This document shows, in pieces, positions 57,493 to 64,000 of a stretch of DNA of 64,000 nt. Source of the stretch: Alkalispirochaeta sp. (GTDB lineage: Bacteria; Spirochaetota; Spirochaetia; DSM-27196; Alkalispirochaetaceae). The position numbers were made by a program, and so were the translations under genes. The notes beneath the pieces were generated by a model. The model had not been told where the DNA came from. It did not search any database and saw only the letters and a program-made list of their open reading frames with translations. Numbering within the stretch: the first letter of the stretch is position 1; each line of letters starts with the position of its first letter. Location of the stretch: positions 1,472,001-1,536,000 of the forward strand of contig OZ271854.1 in assembly GCA_965601925.1 (NCBI GenBank). The letters are read 5' to 3'.

Positions 57493-59637
57493 GTCAAACT
57501 CCTGTCTGTTTTCGGGCTCGGTCCCGGCCAAACGCTCGCGTGCCCGACGGTACGCTTCCGCCTGTGACCGTAACGGATCAACGTCGGCGCTCTCCGGCGC
57601 GAGGTGCCTCCACCGTCCGTCCGATTGCAGCTCGTGGGCCTTCTGATTGTCGGCGAAGTAGAGGTCCAGAACACCTCGGATGCGCCGCTGGATATCGCGA
57701 TTCTCGACGGGAAACATCAACTCGACTCGCTTCTCCAGATTGCGCGGCATCCAGTCGGCGCTGGAGAGGAACACGTCGGGGTTGCCTCCGTTCTCGAAGT
57801 AGAAGATACGACTATGCTCGAGATATCGATCGATGACGCTCACGACGCGGATATTCTCGCTTACGCCCGCTACCCCGGGAACGAGCATGCAGATGCCGCG
57901 AATGTTGAGAAGGATCTTCACACCCTTTTGCGACGCCTCATAGAGGGCATCGATCACGTCGCGGTCGGCAAGAGAGTTCATCTTGGCAACGATGAGTCCC
58001 GATCCGCCGCTCTCGGTGCGCGTCGCCTCGCGTTGAATGAGCTCCAGGATGCGCGGCTTAAGCACCGTCGGCGCCATCACGAGTTTCTTCAACCCCGGGA
58101 TAACCGAGTAACCGGTTATGGCGTTGAAGAAGAGGCCCACCTCGTAGGTAAGGCGATCGTCGTCGGTGAGCAGGCCCATGTCGGTGTAAAGTCTCGCTGT
58201 CTTGTCGTTGTAGTTACCGGTGCCGAGATGTACGTAACGTCGGATTCCGGTCTTTTCGCGCCGAACTACGAGCAACGCCTTGGCGTGCACCTTGAGACGC
58301 GCGATACCGTAGACGACGATGACGCCGGCACGCTCCAGCTGATGCGCCCAGCCGATGTTGCGTTCTTCGTCGAAGCGCGCCTTGAGTTCTACCAATACCG
58401 AAACCTGCTTGCCGTTTTGAACGGCCCTCTCCAGCGCTCTGACGATCGGCGAATTGCCGCTCGTGCGATACAGCGTCATCTTAATGGCGAGGGTCTCCGG
58501 GTCGTCGGCGGCCTCCTGCACCATCCGAACCACCGGGTCGAAACTTTCATACGGGTGGTGCAGAAGGATGTCGCGTCGACGGATGCTCTCCCAGATCGGC
58601 TCCTCCTCGTCCACCCATGGAGACTGCATCGTTTTCCACGGCTCGTCGCGTAAGTCGGCAAACCCGTCGATAAACGCGACGTCCATCAGGTTGCGCAACT
58701 CGAGCGGGTCTTGACTCTCGTAGACCTCGTCCTCGTCGAGCTCCAAGCCGCGCTTCAGAATATCGCGGAGACGGCTCGATCCGTGGTTGATGTTCAGCCT
58801 AACCGCGTCGCTGCGATCCCGGGTCTCGATCACCTGCTCCATAGCCTCTACAAAATCCTCGTCGCGCTCCTCGTCGACGCCGAAATCGGCGTCACGGGTT
58901 ACCCGAAAGAGGCACTGTTCCGTTACGGTGTAGCCCGGAAAAAGCTGGTACGCCTCCGAAAGGATAACTTGCTCGAGGAAGGTAAAGGCAACCACTCCGG
59001 AGCGATCCGTCGGAAGATAGACGAGACGCTCCAATGTCGACGGCACTTGCACCAGGGCGAGGAGCGGTGTGTCGTCGCCCGAGGCGGCCGGAAAACCACT
59101 CAATTCCACGCGTGCGGTTGATGCGCCGCCGCCGGCGGCCTCGCGATTGGGCTGCAGTAGAAAGGCGGCGTGGAGGCGAAGATTCCCCACCGCCGGCAGC
59201 GGTTCGTCAACGGCGGCCCGCACCGGCGTCAACACCGGAAAGACGCGCTCGCGAAAGAAGCGCTTGACGAATCCTCTCTGATCGCCGTCCCATTCGTCCG
59301 GACGCACACGCACCAAGCCGTGCTCGGTGAGGGCGGGAAAGATATCCTCCAGGAGCACGCGATATTTGCGCTCGTTGAGTTCGCGAACGCGCGATCGAAT
59401 TGATTCGAGCTGGGCCCTGGGACTCATGCCGGTCGGACACGATGAGGGCTTTCCGAGCGCAAGCTGGCGCTTTACCGTAGCGACCCGAACCATAAAAAAC
59501 TCATCGAAGTTGGATGAGACGATGCTCAAGAATTTCAAACGCTCCAAAAGTGGCACGGTAGGGTTCTCCGCCTCGGAGAGCACCCGGGCGTTAAACTCGA
59601 TCCAACTCAACTCGCGATTGAGGTACGGTCCGCTCAT
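57469..59637 (-). CDS. ppk1: Polyphosphate kinase 1
   Basis: NRELSWIEFNARVL, DILLHHPYESF, VELKARFDE, KVHAK, HLGTGNYN, SSADWMPRNL. Confidence 0.97.
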   Translation of the reverse strand: MSGPYLNRELSWIEFNARVLSEAENPTVPLLERLKFLSIVSSNFDEFFMVRVATVKRQLALGKPSSCPTGMSPRAQLESIRSRVRELNERKYRVLLEDIFPALTEHGLVRVRPDEWDGDQRGFVKRFFRERVFPVLTPVRAAVDEPLPAVGNLRLHAAFLLQPNREAAGGGASTARVELSGFPAASGDDTPLLALVQVPSTLERLVYLPTDRSGVVAFTFLEQVILSEAYQLFPGYTVTEQCLFRVTRDADFGVDEERDEDFVEAMEQVIETRDRSDAVRLNINHGSSRLRDILKRGLELDEDEVYESQDPLELRNLMDVAFIDGFADLRDEPWKTMQSPWVDEEEPIWESIRRRDILLHHPYESFDPVVRMVQEAADDPETLAIKMTLYRTSGNSPIVRALERAVQNGKQVSVLVELKARFDEERNIGWAHQLERAGVIVVYGIARLKVHAKALLVVRREKTGIRRYVHLGTGNYNDKTARLYTDMGLLTDDDRLTYEVGLFFNAITGYSVIPGLKKLVMAPTVLKPRILELIQREATRTESGGSGLIVAKMNSLADRDVIDALYEASQKGVKILLNIRGICMLVPGVAGVSENIRVVSVIDRYLEHSRIFYFENGGNPDVFLSSADWMPRNLEKRVELMFPVENRDIQRRIRGVLDLYFADNQKAHELQSDGRWRHLAPESADVDPLRSQAEAYRRARERLAGTEPENRQEFDVRKKRPS

Positions 59638-61238
59638 ACTGCGACAACTCCATATCCGAATACATCTTCAAACATTTGTCCTTTCAGACGTAACCCGTGC
59701 TGTTCCGTCGAGATATCGCCGGAGTATTCGCACAGAAGCACGACATCTTCGTCGCGCTTTTCCAGCACAAAGTCTCGAACGCGCTGGACGTGCCCGCGAT
59801 CCAGGGCGTCGGCAACGCGGAGAAGAGCGACGATTTTGAGAACCAGCATGCGCTGTTCGCGGCGAAGAGAGACAAACGAGGTGTGCGCCGAGTTGGGCAT
59901 ACCGCCGCGATGGTAGCGTACGACGTTTGCCAAAATTCTGATGTCGGAGCGCGACAATCCGAAAATCTCCGAGTTTTCCACGATATATTGCCCGTGTTTG
60001 TGGTGCCCGGCAGCGCGAACGAAGTTACCGATGTCGTGGACGATGCCGGCGACCTCCAACAAGAGCCGCGCATGAGAATCCATGGCGTGCTCCTCGGCAA
60101 ACTGATCGAACAAATTGATCGCGAGCTTCGCGACGTGTCGTCCGTGAGCCTCGTCAAAATGATATTTGCGCCCCAAACCGAGGGCCGAGTTGACGACTTG
60201 GGCGTCGAACTCCTTGCGCATCGGCCCGCCGCGTCCCACGGCGAAGTTGAGGAGCACCCCCTCGCGGATACTGACGTCCGGCACGATGAGTTGCTCCGCG
60301 GAGGTGGCGTCCATGAAGAGCTTGTACGTCAGGAGTGCCGGTAGAAGTCCCTCGACCTCGGTGTACGTCAAGTTGAGATCGCGCACGCAATCTTCCACGC
60401 TTCGATACTGGACATCGCGAATGAACCCGTCGAACGCCTCGCGATCGATGACCGAAAAGTGCTCCCCTTCCTTGGTACCCACTCGAGAAGCGGCGATCCG
60501 CGCGTCGCCGCCGACGGCGACGAAGTACTTTATTCTATCGAGGCGCAGCTCGGTATTGAGCACCTCGCGGTTGACGCGAATGTTCTCCCGCAAGTACTCC
60601 TCGACGCGATCGTTGTCCGCGAGACTGGTGTAAGCCTGTACCTGTTGCTCTACTCTCAGCGAGCCGATGCGCAGGGAGTGCGCGGCCACCATGCGCCCCC
60701 GCTGAAGGAGCATGATCTCCGTCGTGCCGCCGCCGACTTCCAGGATCATGGCGCTCGAACGGGCAAACTGGGGGCGCAAATCGTTGATGGCGTGCTGCAC
60801 GGCGATGTAGGTGAGATGATTCTCCTCGATCCCCTCCACGACGTCGATGCGAAACCCGGTACGGATTTGGACTCGGTCGAGGAAGGTGTCGCGATTCTTT
60901 GCCTCCCGAATCGCCGCGGTGCCGATGACGCGAACCGAGTCCGGCTCGATGCGCCATCCTTCCAGAAGCTCGCGGAACCCGTTCAGGATTTTTACCGCAT
61001 CGCGCATCGCATCGGTGGAAAGATACCCGGAAATGAACACGCCCCGGCCGAGGGTAAGGGGACGCGCGGCGCGATCCAACGTCACCCACTCGGAGTCGCC
61101 GCGAATCTCGGCCACCACCATACGGATCGCCGTCGAGCCGATGTCGATCACCGATACGAGACGCGGGGGCGTATCGGGAGTCGAGGACATCGGTTGTCGC
61201 TTCTTCTTTGTCTTTTCCTTCATCGTTTGACTTTTCAC
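59634..61238 (-). CDS. ppx: Ppx/GppA exopolyphosphatase with HD domain; start may be further downstream
   Basis: IDIGSTAIR, GTAAIREAKN, EVGGGTTE, SIREG, HDIG, HHKHG, LRVADALD. Confidence 0.92.
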   Translation of the reverse strand: MKSQTMKEKTKKKRQPMSSTPDTPPRLVSVIDIGSTAIRMVVAEIRGDSEWVTLDRAARPLTLGRGVFISGYLSTDAMRDAVKILNGFRELLEGWRIEPDSVRVIGTAAIREAKNRDTFLDRVQIRTGFRIDVVEGIEENHLTYIAVQHAINDLRPQFARSSAMILEVGGGTTEIMLLQRGRMVAAHSLRIGSLRVEQQVQAYTSLADNDRVEEYLRENIRVNREVLNTELRLDRIKYFVAVGGDARIAASRVGTKEGEHFSVIDREAFDGFIRDVQYRSVEDCVRDLNLTYTEVEGLLPALLTYKLFMDATSAEQLIVPDVSIREGVLLNFAVGRGGPMRKEFDAQVVNSALGLGRKYHFDEAHGRHVAKLAINLFDQFAEEHAMDSHARLLLEVAGIVHDIGNFVRAAGHHKHGQYIVENSEIFGLSRSDIRILANVVRYHRGGMPNSAHTSFVSLRREQRMLVLKIVALLRVADALDRGHVQRVRDFVLEKRDEDVVLLCEYSGDISTEQHGLRLKGQMFEDVFGYGVVAV

Positions 61239-62179
61239 CGTCGAGTCAGGTCGGCCGCGCCGACCACCACCGCGTCGTCTCCGAGGGCCGCCGGCGCCAC
61301 CGCGACGTCGGCGACGATCCGTGGCATTGCCCGTTCCCGCATGGTACTCACGGCTATGTCAGTAATGTGTGAGCCCAACTTTTCCGCCAGTCCGCCGCCG
61401 ATCACGATCATCTCTGGATCGAAGGTGTTTACCATCGCCGCCATACCGATCCCGAGAAAACGCGCCGCCTGCTCCACCACCGCGATAACGGCCGGTTCTC
61501 CGGCTTCCAGAGCCTTGGCGATGAGACCGCTCTTGATAACGCGTATGTCCGTGGCACCGGCGTCGGCGAGCACTTTCGACTGGCCGTTCATCGCGAGAAG
61601 CGCGAGGTCTCGAGCGATCGCCGTCTTGGAGGCTACGGTCTCCAAACATCCGTGGTTGCCGCAGCCGCAGCGGCGGCCGTCGGTCTGGACGGTGATGTGG
61701 CCGATTTCGCCGGCGGCGCCGCTCTTGCCGCGGTAGAGCGCCCCGTCGAGGATGAGACCGCCGCCGATGCCGGTACCGGGAAAAATTCCCACTACGTTCC
61801 GCATTCCTTTGGCGGCGCCGGCGACAAACTCGCCCCAGAGCCCGGCGTTCACGTCGTTTTCGAGAAGGACGAAAGAACCGAGCTGTTCGTGCAGCCGGCC
61901 GGCCAGCGGAAAGTTGCTGATGCCGACGTTAGGTGTATCCAAAACGACACCGTGCTCAAGGTCGATCGGACCGGGCACCGCGATACCGACCGCCTCAAGC
62001 GCGTCGCGACCGATCTTCGCTTTCTCCAGCGCACAATCGATCGTCTCGACAATGTGACGATATACCGACTCGTTATCGCCGCCCTGGGTACGGGTCTTGC
62101 ACCGCGCGACGATCGTGCCGTCGTCATCCAACACTGCGGCGAGCATCTTGGTTCCTCCGAGATCAAATCCGATACGCAT
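61235..62179 (-). CDS. ROK family sugar kinase (glucokinase-like)
   Basis: DLGGTK, ENDVN, GTGIGGG, GEIGH, CGCGNHGCLE; AAGGAGG RBS. Confidence 0.92.
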   Translation of the reverse strand: MRIGFDLGGTKMLAAVLDDDGTIVARCKTRTQGGDNESVYRHIVETIDCALEKAKIGRDALEAVGIAVPGPIDLEHGVVLDTPNVGISNFPLAGRLHEQLGSFVLLENDVNAGLWGEFVAGAAKGMRNVVGIFPGTGIGGGLILDGALYRGKSGAAGEIGHITVQTDGRRCGCGNHGCLETVASKTAIARDLALLAMNGQSKVLADAGATDIRVIKSGLIAKALEAGEPAVIAVVEQAARFLGIGMAAMVNTFDPEMIVIGGGLAEKLGSHITDIAVSTMRERAMPRIVADVAVAPAALGDDAVVVGAADLTRR

Positions 62180-62232
62180 ATGTTCGCCTCCTTGTCGCGC
62201 CCCGTGCAAAGCCGATACTGTACCACCATACC

Positions 62233-63093
62233 ATGACCGGAGTCATTATCGGCCGATTCATGCCGCCCCATAGCGGACACCTCTATCTTATCGATTTTGC
62301 GCGCCACATGGTGGACCGCCTCTATGTCTTGGTGTGCACCCTCTCCCACGAGCCCATTCCCGGCGATGTTCGTTACGAATGGATTCGCGAGCTCGCGCCC
62401 ACGTGTAGGATCATTCACATCACCGAGGAGATTCCGGAGGCGAAACGAGGCGAGGCCGGGGCGACGGCGATTTGGGCCGGGACGGTGCGAGAAGCGGTTT
62501 CCGAGACGATCACCCACGTGTTCGCTTCGGAACAGTACGGGTGGGAGCTTGCGCGGCACCTCGATGCTCAGTATGTGCCCGTCGACCCGAGCCGAAGCAA
62601 CATCCCGGTATCGGCTACGGCGATTCGCGCCAACCCATGGGAAAAGTGGCGTTTCATTCCGTCGGTGGTGAGGCCGTGGTTCGTGCGTCACGTCGCGGTC
62701 GTCGACAACCGAGAATACGCCGAGCGGACGGCGCGGCAGATGAACACCGTGGTGGTGCATCCATATCGTGAGTTTTGGCACAAGACGTGGAACGGCTACG
62801 CGGGAGAGGATAAGCGTCATCCTCTCACGGAAGAGCAGATACGCCGCGGCGCGCTGTCCACATCCGAGGCGTTGGCCCGTCGCGCGAACCGGGTGCTCTT
62901 CCACGACGTGCGCGAGGTCCAAGACTTGTACGATCTGCCGAGAATCGACCTCATCGTGGTCGAAGACGGTCGGCTGAAAGCGGCCGATCGCGAGAAACTC
63001 GCCGCACGGACGAACCGTACCGAAACGAAGATCATGAACCCTCGCCGCGCCACCGCCGATGCAATCGAGCGCGCGCTGCTCACTCCCATTTGA
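62233..63093 (+). CDS. NadR-like nucleotidyltransferase with degenerate C-terminal kinase domain
   Basis: GRFMPPHSGH (HxGH), VFASEQYG, PVSATAIR, VRPWFV; no Walker A motif afterwards. Confidence 0.8.
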   Translation: MTGVIIGRFMPPHSGHLYLIDFARHMVDRLYVLVCTLSHEPIPGDVRYEWIRELAPTCRIIHITEEIPEAKRGEAGATAIWAGTVREAVSETITHVFASEQYGWELARHLDAQYVPVDPSRSNIPVSATAIRANPWEKWRFIPSVVRPWFVRHVAVVDNREYAERTARQMNTVVVHPYREFWHKTWNGYAGEDKRHPLTEEQIRRGALSTSEALARRANRVLFHDVREVQDLYDLPRIDLIVVEDGRLKAADREKLAARTNRTETKIMNPRRATADAIERALLTPI

Positions 63094-63126
63094 CGCGTAG
63101 GCCGACGCAAATCTACACTACTACTC

Positions 63127-63600
63127 GTGGATGCTACGGTATGGGCCGTTATCGGTTTCGTTCTCGTTTTGGCTGAGTTTGCCGTTCCGCAGTTCGTAGT
63201 ATTCTTCTTCGGCCTGGGCGCGTTGATAAACGCGCTGTTGGTTGCGGTGGTGCCCGGACTGTCCGGCAGGTTTCCGCTCCAGCTCGCCCTGTGGGTCGCA
63301 ACGAGTACGCTGTCCCTCGCGCTGCTGCGACGCTGGGCGGCGCGATGGTTTCGCGGTGAGAAACGCGACGCCATCGAGGAGGCAAGCCACGACGCCGGCG
63401 AGATCGCAACGGTTGTCGAGAAGATCGCGGCCGGCAAGCCGGGACGTATCCGGCACAAGGGCACGACGTGGCAGGCGATCGCCTACGACGAGACGATCGA
63501 TGTGGGCGACACGGTCACCATCCTGGAAAAACGCAATCTTACCTACGTCGTGACCGCAGGCGATCTCCTACACCAACGGGACGAAACGACGGACAAGTAG
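63127..63600 (+). CDS. NfeD family protein
   Basis: WAVIG..LAE, FFGLGA, QLALW, OB-fold GRIRHKGTTWQA; upstream of the SPFH gene. Confidence 0.88.
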   Translation: MDATVWAVIGFVLVLAEFAVPQFVVFFFGLGALINALLVAVVPGLSGRFPLQLALWVATSTLSLALLRRWAARWFRGEKRDAIEEASHDAGEIATVVEKIAAGKPGRIRHKGTTWQAIAYDETIDVGDTVTILEKRNLTYVVTAGDLLHQRDETTDK

Positions 63601-63658
63601 GCCACACGAGAAAACCGTTCGTTCAACGAACATTACAATGATAGCTAAGGAGTAACGC

Positions 63659-64000
63659 ATGTCGGTTTTTGGCACGTATGTGGCGGCGATTCTGCTCTTC
63701 GCGGCAGTATTTACCGTCTTTTTCAAGCTGATCCGCATCGTCCCCGAGCGCCAGGCGTGGGTGGTGGAGCAGTTCGGGAAGTATCGCCACACGATGAACG
63801 CGGGTCTGCATATCGTCATCCCGGTGGTTCAAAAAGTGGCTTACAAACAGATCCTCAAGGAGGAGGTGATCGACGTTCCTCCTCAAATGTGTATCACCAA
63901 CGACAACGTACAGGTGAGCGTCGACGGCGTGCTTTACCTGCAGGTCGTCGACCCCGAGAAGGCGAGCTACGGCATCGACAACTACCGCTTTGCCACCTCC
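63659..64000 (+). CDS. SPFH/stomatin (paraslipin) family protein, 5' part; runs off window
   Basis: Not in ORF track. AAGGAG RBS, manual translation IRIVPERQAWVVEQFGKY...GLHIVIP...DVPPQMCITNDNVQVSVDGVLYLQVVDPEKASYGIDNY. Confidence 0.93.
   Translation, partial: MSVFGTYVAAILLFAAVFTVFFKLIRIVPERQAWVVEQFGKYRHTMNAGLHIVIPVVQKVAYKQILKEEVIDVPPQMCITNDNVQVSVDGVLYLQVVDPEKASYGIDNYRFATS

Overview
GC-rich bacterial chromosomal window. The gene mix and protein style suggest a free-living spirochaete (Spirochaetaceae-like), which is inference only. About 55 mostly ordinary CDSs are present. They include icd (partial), two sugar ABC loci (LacI/GH32 and AraC/GH2 glucuronidase-like), GH31, apbE, mscS, cheW, thyX, system II cytochrome c biogenesis genes, an EAL-GGDEF protein, msrB, an ABC-F ATPase, ktrB/trkH, an MNT-HEPN toxin-antitoxin pair, a two-component system with DUF5666 and OB-fold neighbours, a TetR-controlled flavoenzyme/ferredoxin-reductase pair, an MCP, ROK-ppx-ppk1, a NadR-like gene and nfeD-SPFH. 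I recognised no rRNA, tRNA, cas gene, intact transposase or prophage. The least explained DNA is a non-coding ~92-101 bp modular hairpin repeat family. It forms tandem arrays at 50.6-51.2 kb (7 cores) and 57.0-57.5 kb (4 cores, with the last unit overlapping the ppk1 stop), plus a solo copy inside a dense hairpin cluster at 3.1-3.4 kb. Also notable are an IS91-type HUH transposase remnant missed by the ORF track, many apparently leaderless genes, and a structured uORF-bearing leader upstream of the ABC-F gene. All calls come from reading the sequence by eye; no database searches were run.
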